From the NCBI GenBank assembly GCA_050633305.1, contig JBOEGF010000023.1, positions 96,001 to 160,000 of the forward strand: a stretch of 64,000 bases of DNA, read 5' to 3'. The position numbers were made by a program, and so were the translations under genes. Below the pieces are notes generated by a model that saw only the letters and a program-made list of their open reading frames with translations, did no database searches and was not told where the DNA came from. Shown here piece by piece: positions 1 to 8,914 of this stretch. Position 1 is the first letter of the stretch, and every line of letters begins with the position of its first letter. The DNA comes from Nannocystales bacterium (GTDB lineage Bacteria > Myxococcota_A > Polyangia > Nannocystales > Nannocystaceae).

Positions 1-2
1 CC

Positions 3-1307
3 GCTGGGAACGAGTCGGGCGAGACCGGCGATCCGCCGTCCCTCGACGAGCAACTCGCCGAACTCCTCGCGGCGCAAGCCGTCCCGGTCGTCCCGCTCTC
101 GGCTGTCCCCGCCCAGGATCCTGCCCTCGTCGCGCTCGGAGAGGCGTTGTTCTTCGACCCGATCCTCTCGGGGAACATGGACACTGCGTGCTCCTCCTGT
201 CACCACCCCGCGTTCGGCTCGAGCGACGGGCTGTCGCTCACGCTGGGGACGGGCGCGGTCGGGGTTGGACCCGCGCGTGCGCAGGGCGCCCATCCGCCGT
301 TCGTTCCACGCAACTCGCAAGCGCTGTTCAACATCGGCGACCCGAGCTTCACCCGGATGTTCTGGGATGGCCGGGTCGAGTTGGACGCGGACGGAGCACT
401 GCAAACACCCGCGGGCGCGGACCTGCTTCCCGGTCTCGACTCCGCCCTCGCTGCGCAGGCGATGTTTCCCGTGCTCGACCGACAGGAAATGCGCGGCCAA
501 CCCGGCGACCTCACGGTTCTCGGTGGGACGAACGAGCTCGCCGTCTTCGTCGACGAGGACCCAGCTGCGATCTGGGCCGCGCTCATGGACAGACTCGGAG
601 CGATCGAGGCGTACGTCGAGCTCTTCGGCGCAGCGTTTCCGGACCAAGCGTTCGACACCCTCACCTTTGCCGACGCAGCCAACGCGATCGCCGCCTACGA
701 GAGTGAGGCGTTTTCGTTCCCCAACTCCCCATGGGACGAGTATCTCGGCGGAACGCTTCCGGCGATCTCCGACGCGGCAAAGGTCGGAGCGCTACGCTTC
801 TACGGTCCAGCGGGGTGCGGTGAGTGCCACTCCGGTCCCTTGCTCACCGATCACGAGTTTCACAGCACCGGGGTCCCGCAGCTGGGCCCGGGCCGAGGCA
901 CGTCGGCCCCGTTCGACCACGGGCGCGAACTGGTGACCGGCGATCCGCAGGACCGCTTCAGCTTCCGGACACCCTCTTTGCGCAACGTCGAAGTCTCCGC
1001 GCCCTACATGCACAACGGGGCGCTCATCGACTTCGAACGGACGCTGGTCCACTACGCCTCGCCCACGACCAGCATCGAAGACTTCGAGACCAAAGGACTG
1101 CTTCGGGAGTTGGTGCCGACTCTCCAGCAAGATCCCGAGCACATCGAGGAGGTCGTCGCGACGCTCTCCCGCGATCTCGTCCTGGAGCCAAGCTTCATCG
1201 GGCTCTCCAACATCCGGGAGTTCCTGGAAACGCTGACGGATCCCGGCGTCGTCTCGCTGGAAGACATCCGGCCCAAGAGCGTTCCGAGCGGCCTCCCTGT
1301 GCCGTAG
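3..1307 (+). CDS. Di-heme cytochrome c peroxidase/MauG-family protein (5' end outside the window)
   Basis: Frame open from position 3. Two CxxCH motifs (CSSCH, CGECH) plus family motifs LFFDPILS, PRNS, FWDGR and FRTPSLRN...PYMHNG. Confidence 0.9.
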   Translation, partial: AGNESGETGDPPSLDEQLAELLAAQAVPVVPLSAVPAQDPALVALGEALFFDPILSGNMDTACSSCHHPAFGSSDGLSLTLGTGAVGVGPARAQGAHPPFVPRNSQALFNIGDPSFTRMFWDGRVELDADGALQTPAGADLLPGLDSALAAQAMFPVLDRQEMRGQPGDLTVLGGTNELAVFVDEDPAAIWAALMDRLGAIEAYVELFGAAFPDQAFDTLTFADAANAIAAYESEAFSFPNSPWDEYLGGTLPAISDAAKVGALRFYGPAGCGECHSGPLLTDHEFHSTGVPQLGPGRGTSAPFDHGRELVTGDPQDRFSFRTPSLRNVEVSAPYMHNGALIDFERTLVHYASPTTSIEDFETKGLLRELVPTLQQDPEHIEEVVATLSRDLVLEPSFIGLSNIREFLETLTDPGVVSLEDIRPKSVPSGLPVP

Positions 1308-1468
1308 CAACCCGCGTCCTTGCCGCGGGCGCTTCGTCGGAACTCGGCTCTGTGGCCTGAGACCGGGCGTGTTTGCCCAGTCATCGTGGGCGTATTTCAC
1401 GCCGCTCGCGGGGTGGTACATAAGCCGCCAATCCCCCCGGGGACTGTCGGAATCTGAGGTTTTTCTTG

Positions 1469-2728
1469 ATGAACGAACGCATCCTCCCTCTCGTCCTTCT
1501 CCCCGCACTGGCGATCTCGTGCACCTCCGATGGCGGTGAAAACGCATCCGACGAGGGTGGCGCGGTCGACTCCAACGCCAGTACCGGAGTGGGCGGCACG
1601 GAGAGTGCGTCCGACAGCGAGGACCCCTCGGAGACGGACGACGCGGAGACCGGCGAGGCAAGCACGGGCACCGGCGCCGATGGAAGCACCGGTGAGGCGC
1701 CCTCGGGCATCCCGATCCTCGGCGACGGAACGCACGACATCGACAACGTCGAGGTGACCGTCATCTCGTCTCCGGACGATGGACTCAACTTCCCAACCGA
1801 CGTCGAGTTCAAGCCCGGCGAAACCCTCGAGCTGTGGGTGTCCAACCGCGAGGACTTCTCGATCGTCATCTATCAAGACGCGGGCCTTCCCAGCCAGTTC
1901 GCGGACAAGCGGCAAGCCCAGTTCGACAACGGAGCACACTTCCTCGCCAAGCCCGCTGCGCTCGCGTTCAAGGGCGATGGTACGTCGTTCGCCACGGCCC
2001 AGCAGGAGAACGAAGTCACCCAGCCCGGCGACCCTGCCGATGGCGGCTTCATGGGCCCGACGCTTTGGACCGGGGACTACGACGTGTTCCAAGCCGGACA
2101 CCAGACCCACCTCGACATGCTCCACAACAGCCCGCTGTCCTCGGGCATCGCCTGGGAGTCCGAGAACACCTACTGGGTCTTCGACGGCACCCACGGTTCG
2201 CTCACCCGGTACAAGTTCAACGAGACCCACGGCCTCGGCGGCACCGATCACACCGACGGTGAGATCTACCGCTACGCCGACGGAGAGCTGGGCTACGAGC
2301 CCTCGATCCCCTCGCATGTCGTGCTCGACGAGAGCTACGTCTACGCCGCCGACTCTGCAAACGGCCGTATCGTCCGCCTCGACCCCAGCATCGCCGTGGA
2401 GGCCAACTCGATCATCCCGAACTACGACGGTTGCGAGATGGCCTACATGAACGAGGCCGAGCTGATCACCCTCGTCGACGGCAGCACCCTCGAAGCCGAG
2501 ATGACCACGCCATCCGGTCTCGAGTTCCACGACGGCATGTTGTTCACGACCGACCCCGTGCAGGGACGGGTCTTCGCCTTCGACACCGACGGCAACCTGC
2601 TCGACTGGCTGGACACTGGCTTGCCCGCTGGGAGCCTGATGGGCATGGCCTTCGACGACGACGGCAACATGTGGATCGCCGACGCCGCGGGCAACCAGAT
2701 CCGCCGGTTCTCGGTCCCAGGCAAGTAG
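1469..2728 (+). CDS. Lipoprotein with acidic linker and beta-propeller (NHL/SMP-30-like) domain
   Basis: Lipobox LAISC, S/T/D/E/G-rich linker, propeller-like blades (FPTDVEF, PSGLEFHDG, MGMAFDDDGNMWIAD). Confidence 0.75.
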   Translation: MNERILPLVLLPALAISCTSDGGENASDEGGAVDSNASTGVGGTESASDSEDPSETDDAETGEASTGTGADGSTGEAPSGIPILGDGTHDIDNVEVTVISSPDDGLNFPTDVEFKPGETLELWVSNREDFSIVIYQDAGLPSQFADKRQAQFDNGAHFLAKPAALAFKGDGTSFATAQQENEVTQPGDPADGGFMGPTLWTGDYDVFQAGHQTHLDMLHNSPLSSGIAWESENTYWVFDGTHGSLTRYKFNETHGLGGTDHTDGEIYRYADGELGYEPSIPSHVVLDESYVYAADSANGRIVRLDPSIAVEANSIIPNYDGCEMAYMNEAELITLVDGSTLEAEMTTPSGLEFHDGMLFTTDPVQGRVFAFDTDGNLLDWLDTGLPAGSLMGMAFDDDGNMWIADAAGNQIRRFSVPGK

Positions 2729-2777
2729 CTCCGACCAGGCGGATCGAGCTCGCCCGGCGCCCTGCGATGGACCCGGG

Positions 2778-3947
2778 CTATCGGCGGCGACGAAGAGCCG
2801 CAAGCGCCACGAGCAACAGGCCCGGGCCCGCGGGAGCATCCGGGCCGGGCACACGACAGCCTCGTCCGCCTTCTCCTCCGGCACCGCCTGCGCTCATGCC
2901 GTCGTCCCCGGTGGAACCAGACGATGAACTCTCTGTGGCGCTGGATGTCGAGTCGCCCTCTCCGGTCTCGGCACCTCCGGAAGACCCCGCTTCGTCGACG
3001 CAGTCCGGGTCGATGAACACACTGCCCTCGCACTGCGGCGGGTACGGGTCGCCCAGCACAAACACCAGGTCCCGCATGTAATGGGTGTAGCGACGCCCGC
3101 TGGGATCGGTGATGTCCACGCGGATCATGACCGACTCGCCCGCGATCTCCTGCGGTGGGTCGAACTCCAAGGCGAAGCTGTCGCCACGAACCGGATGGTT
3201 GTCGACGAACGGTTCCCAGGTGACCTCCCCTGCAGGCAAGCCCCAGTAGGCGGTGAGAAAGGAACCCTCTTGCGCGCTCGCGCAGCCTTCGATCATCGCC
3301 GTCTCGGTCTGGTCGATGACCTCTTGCGTGTTGTTGATCCCGACGGCGGGTCCGCTCACAGCGGGATCCGGATCGTCGACCACCTTGATCACGCCCGTCC
3401 GCGAACTCCAGATGTTGAGCGGTGGCTCCCAGGTGTAGGCCTCGACCACGTAGGTGCCCGCTGCCAGTTCTGCGGTATCCCAATCGACGCCCTCATCCGC
3501 GGCAGCGAACGTGATCGGGCGCCGTTCGTCGTCCGCGTTGATGCGGTGCCAGCAGTCCGCCCACTCGGCGTTCGACTCCATCACATTGCTCTCGTTGACC
3601 GTCTCGGGAGCGATGCCGATCTCTCGGGCTCGTTCGACATCGGCCTGCGAGATCCACCGGGGCAGGTAGGTTTGGGGATCGAGCGCACGACAGAACCCGA
3701 AGAACTGGTGCCTGCGGCTGTCCTCGACCTCGTCGTCGGTGAGTTCGGTGTCCTCCATCGGGATCGCGTAGTCCAGATGGACGGTGCTGCTCATCGAGCG
3801 ATCGACGATGGTCATGCAAGGCGCGCCCGCCCAATCGACGGGCGTCCGCGGCTCGGGCCCATTACCAGCCTCTGCGGCGGACGCGAGCACGAACACGGAG
3901 GCACCGAAGGCGCCCGCACCGAGTCTCGCTAGACTACGCCCCGACAT
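2778..3947 (-). CDS. Secreted/surface protein with MYXO-CTERM sorting tail
   Basis: Signal peptide (ASAAEA) and C-terminus GGRGCRV...LLLVALAALRRRR after a Ser/Gly linker. Confidence 0.8.
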   Translation of the reverse strand: MSGRSLARLGAGAFGASVFVLASAAEAGNGPEPRTPVDWAGAPCMTIVDRSMSSTVHLDYAIPMEDTELTDDEVEDSRRHQFFGFCRALDPQTYLPRWISQADVERAREIGIAPETVNESNVMESNAEWADCWHRINADDERRPITFAAADEGVDWDTAELAAGTYVVEAYTWEPPLNIWSSRTGVIKVVDDPDPAVSGPAVGINNTQEVIDQTETAMIEGCASAQEGSFLTAYWGLPAGEVTWEPFVDNHPVRGDSFALEFDPPQEIAGESVMIRVDITDPSGRRYTHYMRDLVFVLGDPYPPQCEGSVFIDPDCVDEAGSSGGAETGEGDSTSSATESSSSGSTGDDGMSAGGAGGEGGRGCRVPGPDAPAGPGLLLVALAALRRRR

Positions 3948-4063
3948 CCAGCGTGCACGATAGCAGTGCGAGGGCCCGAATTCACGGTCCCTTCGCCCGA
4001 CGGCTTGCCATGCAAGTGGCGCGGCGAGGTTGCGCAGGCGCGCACCTGGTCGTCAACGTCTCC

Positions 4064-5224
4064 TCATTGAGCGACGATCAGCATCCTCAGCCGATCAGTC
4101 GGCTCGTCCTCATCGCTGAGACAGCTCTCGTCCCGGCAGACGATCCGGTCGGCCTGGTCCACGATCACGTCGTAGGTCTCGCCATCCGCGGTCATCACGG
4201 TCCCACTCCCGCCGGTTCCGAGCGTGAGCACCTCGGCGCCGCCGTCGAGATTGATCTCGACCCGTGCACTCAACATCATCTCTCCGTCGGCCGCGCAGAG
4301 TCCGTCTCCGACCTCGACGCCCGAACAGCCTGTGCCCGACACCGAGACCGTGAACGGAGACAGGCCGAGCGGAAGCTCGTTGCTCAGCGAGATCGCGTCC
4401 ACGTAGGCGAACAACAGAACTCCGTCTGCATCATGCAATGAGATCGACGGCTCGGGGTCTGGATGCGCGGTGTCGACCGCGGTGTAGACGACACTGTCAC
4501 CGACATCGAACGGGAGGCTCAACGCGGGCGAACTCTCGTACGAGAACACGGGGAAGCTATCGCCACACGTCAGCCCGACCGTCGATTCGCCGAGGAGAGA
4601 CACGACCGAGCAAGACGCCTCCTCGGCGTACTCGAAGCCGTTGACGAACTCGGGAGTGATGCTCGCCGATGCGTCGCCCACATCGGGGCACTCGGCCGGA
4701 GGCGGCGTGAAGTCGGCGCAGCTCCCGTGATCGGTGGATCCGTCCGACTCGCACAGGTCTGTGTCCGGGTTGCAGACCGACCCGTTGCAGCACTGCTGAG
4801 TGACTCCGGAGTATCCGCAGATATCCCCCGGAGTCAGGCAGCTGTCGGCTGGCTGAGGGAGACACATGGTCCCGCTCGCGTCCTGCACGAGCCCGCCGCA
4901 ACAGTGTCCTCCCTCAGCCGCAGCGGGACTCTCGCCCAGGCCCGCACAGGGCACGCAGAGTCCCTCCGGCAGACAGACCAGGTCGTCACTCGGACAGCTC
5001 CACACCAGCTCGATGCAGTCCGCATGGATCGCATCATCCGCCCCGGACGTGCCCGTAGGGTCCGCATCGGTTTCGGACTCCGCCGGGGTCGTGTCTTCGC
5101 TATCGACACCGCCCGAGCCGCCATCCGTCGCCTGTGGGTCGCCAAGGTTCTGGGTGGCAACGCAAGCCACGCCTGCGAGCGGAAGGGTGCACAAGACCAA
5201 GAAGGAACGAGTCGCCAACGTCAT
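4064..5224 (-). CDS. Cys-rich lipoprotein (cargo of ECF cassette 1)
   Basis: Lipobox LAGVAC, Cys-rich repeats, ATGA overlap with the upstream sigma gene. Confidence 0.75.
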   Translation of the reverse strand: MTLATRSFLVLCTLPLAGVACVATQNLGDPQATDGGSGGVDSEDTTPAESETDADPTGTSGADDAIHADCIELVWSCPSDDLVCLPEGLCVPCAGLGESPAAAEGGHCCGGLVQDASGTMCLPQPADSCLTPGDICGYSGVTQQCCNGSVCNPDTDLCESDGSTDHGSCADFTPPPAECPDVGDASASITPEFVNGFEYAEEASCSVVSLLGESTVGLTCGDSFPVFSYESSPALSLPFDVGDSVVYTAVDTAHPDPEPSISLHDADGVLLFAYVDAISLSNELPLGLSPFTVSVSGTGCSGVEVGDGLCAADGEMMLSARVEINLDGGAEVLTLGTGGSGTVMTADGETYDVIVDQADRIVCRDESCLSDEDEPTDRLRMLIVAQ

Positions 5225-6408
5225 GCACCTGTCATGTCCGGACTCGACGGCTTCTGTGGCGAGCCCGCGCAGCTTTTTTCCAGACGGCGGCGCGACGTCA
5301 TCGCAGGTCGGCGTTCGAGCAAGACCTTCGCCTCAGCCCGAGCTTGAGGCGCCTTCCGCAACGCGCACAGGGCTTCGATCCGCACGACCGCGCGAACATC
5401 GGCGAGGACTCCGTTTGGAAAGCGGGCGGCGTGCGCAACGGTCTCGCGCAACGCCAGTTCCGCCTCGCCACGACCGAGTGCGGCTTGAGCACGCGCCAGC
5501 ATCGCGTTCTCCTCGTTGAGCGTCGACACCGGCTCGGGTACCGCCGCCGACCGTGCCCTCTGCGGGCCCTCGGCGACTCGAGGCTTGTGCGGCACGGCTG
5601 GCTTCACCACCGTAGCGGACGCCGTCGCGGCAACCACGGCGGGAGAGGACGGGAGCGGCAGGAGTCCTGCAGGACCCGGTGGAGGGTTGCTCGCTTCAAC
5701 CCCGGCGAGTGCACGGTTGGACTGCTGCATCTCAGGTCCAGGATTGGGGTCCGCGCCCGGTGTCGCCAGCACAGCAGCACCTCCGACCCCAATCACGAGA
5801 ATCGCGGCGGCCCACCCCACGCTCATCCCCGAGGCGAACAAGGTCATGGGTTTCAGGGCGGGCAGCAACGCCGCCCATCCTCGAGCGGACGCGGCGGGCT
5901 GCTCCTGGCGGGCTTGTTCAGCGATCGCTTCCTCACGCAGCGACCCACGCAGCTTCCGAATACGGGTGTAGATGGTGTTGAGGTTGAGACCCCACGCGGC
6001 GGAGATCTCGGGGCCGGTCATCCCCTCGACCTCCGAGAGCACGAAGAGTTCACGGTCTTCCGCGCTCAGACGATCGAGGTATCGATCCAGGGCGATGATC
6101 GCCTCGGGCACCGACCGGCGAGTGTGAGACTCGACCAAAGACAACGCGTCGGCTCGGGCATCCCGTCGCCGCGCAGAGCGTCGGTGGTTGCTCGCGACCC
6201 GACGAGCGATGGCGTACAGCCACGCCTTCGAGGAGCCAGCGAACGTCTCCCGCCGCCGATACGCGATGACAAACACGTCCTGCAGCGCGTCTTCGAGCGC
6301 CGCGCCGTTGAGCCCGAACCGATGCAACGCATGCCAAACGAAGCCGTGATGGGCCTGGTAGACCTCCCTGAACTCTCGGGGGTCCGAAAACGCGGTGGCA
6401 AGCGACAT
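5221..6408 (-). CDS. ECF sigma-70 factor fused to a TM helix and periplasmic TPR-like anti-sigma domain
   Basis: Region 2 (EDALQDVF, KAWLYAIARR), region 4 (FVLSEVEGMTGPEIS...NTIYTRI), TM WAAAILVIGVGGAAVLA, C-terminal EENAMLARAQAAL...ARFPNGVL. Confidence 0.85.
   Translation of the reverse strand: MSLATAFSDPREFREVYQAHHGFVWHALHRFGLNGAALEDALQDVFVIAYRRRETFAGSSKAWLYAIARRVASNHRRSARRRDARADALSLVESHTRRSVPEAIIALDRYLDRLSAEDRELFVLSEVEGMTGPEISAAWGLNLNTIYTRIRKLRGSLREEAIAEQARQEQPAASARGWAALLPALKPMTLFASGMSVGWAAAILVIGVGGAAVLATPGADPNPGPEMQQSNRALAGVEASNPPPGPAGLLPLPSSPAVVAATASATVVKPAVPHKPRVAEGPQRARSAAVPEPVSTLNEENAMLARAQAALGRGEAELALRETVAHAARFPNGVLADVRAVVRIEALCALRKAPQARAEAKVLLERRPAMTSRRRLEKSCAGSPQKPSSPDMTGA
5222..5262 (-). 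promoter_or_regulatory. Putative ECF-dependent promoter, copy B (before cargo lipoprotein)
   Basis: Minus strand TCGCCACAGAAGCCGTCGAGTCCGGACATGACAGGTGCATG. 31/41 identical to 6406-6446 with the same distance to ATG. Confidence 0.6.
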
Positions 6409-6446
6409 GACAGTGTCATGTCCAGACTACGCCGATTCTGTGGCGA
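6406..6446 (-). promoter_or_regulatory. Putative ECF-dependent autoregulatory promoter, copy A (before sigma gene)
   Basis: Minus strand TCGCCACAGAATCGGCGTAGTCTGGACATGACACTGTCATG. Repeat of 5222-5262; includes the palindrome CATGACA-N-TGTCATG. Confidence 0.6.
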
Positions 6447-7434
6447 AGAAGATCTTCAAACCCACAACGAGCCGAAGCGAGGCCGCCCACGTCGAAAAAG
6501 ATGACTCGCCGCCCAACAGGACGTCGGTGCGCATGACGGGCACGAGCGCTTCTGCGGCCGAAAACGCACCGACTCTCCCCCAGCGCCGCTCAATACCGAC
6601 ACGGGCGCCAGTTGCGACCCACGGAGAGACCAACTGGTTGGCAGGCTCGAGCCCGCGACTTCCCACGTGGATCCCGCCCGCCTCGAAGACGAAGCACAAC
6701 GGGAGACGAAGGTCCCCCTCCAGCGGGTTGCCACAACCCACAACGCCCGCCGCGCCCATCTGCGCGAGGCCCGACGCGCCGAGAACCACATCGGTCTGAC
6801 GCGGAGCCCCGTAGAGCGCATGCACCCCGACCGACGCGCGTCGCCACTGCGCGCCGACGGTGAGCCGTGGCCCACCGCTGATACCCGGCAGCGCACCAAA
6901 CTCCAACTGGGGCGCCAGCGCGACGAAGCCCCTCTCCGGCACCAAGCGTGTCTGCCTTCGCGACGGGATCGCGGCAGACGTTTGAGGTTCAGCCGGTCCT
7001 GCGCCCGCCCGAGTCACCGGGGCCCTCCGCGGCGGCTCCTCTTCGAGTGGGACGGGGTCAGGCTCCGACGGTGGCTGTGGCTGTGGCGTCGAAGTCTCGG
7101 TGTAGGGGTCAACGGATACCGAGACGAACAGCGCGGCCGCTTGCACCACCGCGTCGCAGTCGGGATCGCGAATCGATCGCTCGTCTTCGAGATCCCCAAG
7201 GCGGGTTCGCAGCCTCAGCTCGAACGCTCCATCGGACGCCTCGACGACACCATCGACGAACAGGGTGCCGTCCCCGTCCGGGTCGAGCGGCGCGAGCTCC
7301 AGAACACGCTGGCGAAGCGCATCTTCGTCTGGACACTCCTGCGGCGCAGTCCAGGCGATCTCGAGAATCGCGGGTCGAGGCGATGGCGCCGGAGGAACAA
7401 CGAACGCCAGGAGCAGCGTCCCGAGTCCGAACAT
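6427..7434 (-). CDS. Exported protein: WxAPxxCP domain + Pro-rich linker + putative small OM beta-barrel
   Basis: Signal peptide, WTAPQECPD, DPDCDAVVQAAAL, PQPQPP linker, amphipathic strands ending LRLVVGLKIFF. Paralog of 11258-12265. Confidence 0.75.
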   Translation of the reverse strand: MFGLGTLLLAFVVPPAPSPRPAILEIAWTAPQECPDEDALRQRVLELAPLDPDGDGTLFVDGVVEASDGAFELRLRTRLGDLEDERSIRDPDCDAVVQAAALFVSVSVDPYTETSTPQPQPPSEPDPVPLEEEPPRRAPVTRAGAGPAEPQTSAAIPSRRQTRLVPERGFVALAPQLEFGALPGISGGPRLTVGAQWRRASVGVHALYGAPRQTDVVLGASGLAQMGAAGVVGCGNPLEGDLRLPLCFVFEAGGIHVGSRGLEPANQLVSPWVATGARVGIERRWGRVGAFSAAEALVPVMRTDVLLGGESSFSTWAASLRLVVGLKIFFATESA

Positions 7435-7895
7435 CAGGAAGGGACCGTCTTCGTCCCGGACACCGGTACTCGGATGTCACTCACGTCGTAGAGCGTCGCG
7501 GCAAGTCGGTTCGCCAACGGATAGCGAATCCAGGACCCCTGCAAGGCGCTACCGGCGAAACGAAGTGAGATCAGAATCAGCACAAGGTAGACCGCGACGA
7601 TGAGACCACCCCCCAGAAGCATGATCAGACGAAGCGACTCGGGCATCGCAGCGTTGGGGTCGGGCATGCCTTCCTGCAGCACCACCCATGCCGTCCCTCC
7701 ACCGATCAAGACCGCTCCCACGACCGCGGCCGTAAGCATGCTGAGGAACGACAGCGCGGCCTGGAGCGCGTGAAAGCCGACGAACTTGGAGGTCTTGTAG
7801 CTCAGCGCAAAAATGATGAGCGGGACCACCGGGCCGAACGCACCCGAGACTGCCCAGGCAAGGGCCGCCATTCGTTTCTCGCGCTCGTCGGGCAT
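7434..7895 (-). CDS. DUF4870-like inner membrane protein
   Basis: EKRMAALAW...PLIIF...SKFVGFHALQA...YPL pattern with several TM segments. TATCTT lies 8 nt before the ATG at 7895. Confidence 0.75.
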   Translation of the reverse strand: MPDEREKRMAALAWAVSGAFGPVVPLIIFALSYKTSKFVGFHALQAALSFLSMLTAAVVGAVLIGGGTAWVVLQEGMPDPNAAMPESLRLIMLLGGGLIVAVYLVLILISLRFAGSALQGSWIRYPLANRLAATLYDVSDIRVPVSGTKTVPS

Positions 7896-8026
7896 GGGGC
7901 AGGAAGATAGCAGCACACCTCTGCGCCGTCGACGCGCGAGGGTCCCCCATCGGAACTCCGTGTTGGCCAAAAATGGACACCGAACACAGTTCCAACGGTG
8001 TTCCGGGCTGGTACGCTAGGCTTGAG

Positions 8027-8425
8027 ATGGCGCGTCATGTCCTGCTCGATACCGAGCTGGTCCTGCTGGTGTGGGACCCCCACAAGAGCGCCGTGATCAT
8101 GACGCGGACGGAGGCCGAACTTCCGCGCGAACTCAATGCTCTCCGTGCGTTCTTCGAGTCGCTCGTGGCAGCGGTCGCTCCGATCAACCGTCCCTCGAAC
8201 GACTTTGTCATCGACGCCCGGGCCTCGATGGGCCGCAACGACGAGGCCTTCGAAACCGTGAAGCGAGAATTCGAGAACAAGCTCTTCGGCGGTTTCAAGA
8301 ACGTCTCAGTGGTGCTGCTGACGGAGGTTGGACGGCTTCAGGTCCAGCGCTACAACGACGACCTGACCGATCAAGACATGTTGGTGTTCCCAACGGTCGA
8401 CGAAGCCCTTGAACGCACGCAGTAG
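8027..8425 (+). CDS. Small STAS/SpoIIAA-like hypothetical protein (paralog 1)
   Basis: Shares TRTxxELPR, DxRxxxGRNDxxFE, LFGG(F/Y), GRLQxxRY and VFxxxDxA with 8486-8908. Fold assignment is inference. Confidence 0.7.
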   Translation: MARHVLLDTELVLLVWDPHKSAVIMTRTEAELPRELNALRAFFESLVAAVAPINRPSNDFVIDARASMGRNDEAFETVKREFENKLFGGFKNVSVVLLTEVGRLQVQRYNDDLTDQDMLVFPTVDEALERTQ

Positions 8426-8485
8426 CGGGCCCCGTTCCACATCGGAACCGAACCGCGGACGCCACCGCCCTACGATCGATTCAAG

Positions 8486-8908
8486 ATGTCCATACGCATC
8501 CTCCTGCAGACTCCCGCCGTCGCCGTCCGAGCTCACGACGACATCGGTGTGGTGACGATGGTGCGGACCCAAGTCGAACTCCCCAGAGATCGCCCCGGGC
8601 TCGAGAAGTTCTTCGCCGAGCTCATCCACGCCTTCGACGGCCTCGACCGCTCACGTTTCGCGCTACTCGTCGATGGCCGTGCCGCAGTGGGGCGCAATGA
8701 CGCGACCTTCGAGGCGGTGCAGTCCGAATGCATGGGAAGCCTCTTCGGTGGGTATCGGAAGCTCGTCGCAGTGGTCGCCACTACCGCAGGGAGACTACAG
8801 CTCGCTCGCTACACATCATCCGCGGGCGGCGTCGACACCGAGGTCTTTGCTGACCTCGACGACGCATTCGCCTACGCGGCTTTACCCGGGACCGCAAAAC
8901 ACGGCTGA
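8486..8908 (+). CDS. Small STAS/SpoIIAA-like hypothetical protein (paralog 2)
   Basis: Tandem paralog of 8027-8425. TACGAT lies 9 nt before the ATG. Confidence 0.7.
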   Translation: MSIRILLQTPAVAVRAHDDIGVVTMVRTQVELPRDRPGLEKFFAELIHAFDGLDRSRFALLVDGRAAVGRNDATFEAVQSECMGSLFGGYRKLVAVVATTAGRLQLARYTSSAGGVDTEVFADLDDAFAYAALPGTAKHG

Positions 8909-8914
8909 CCGTCG

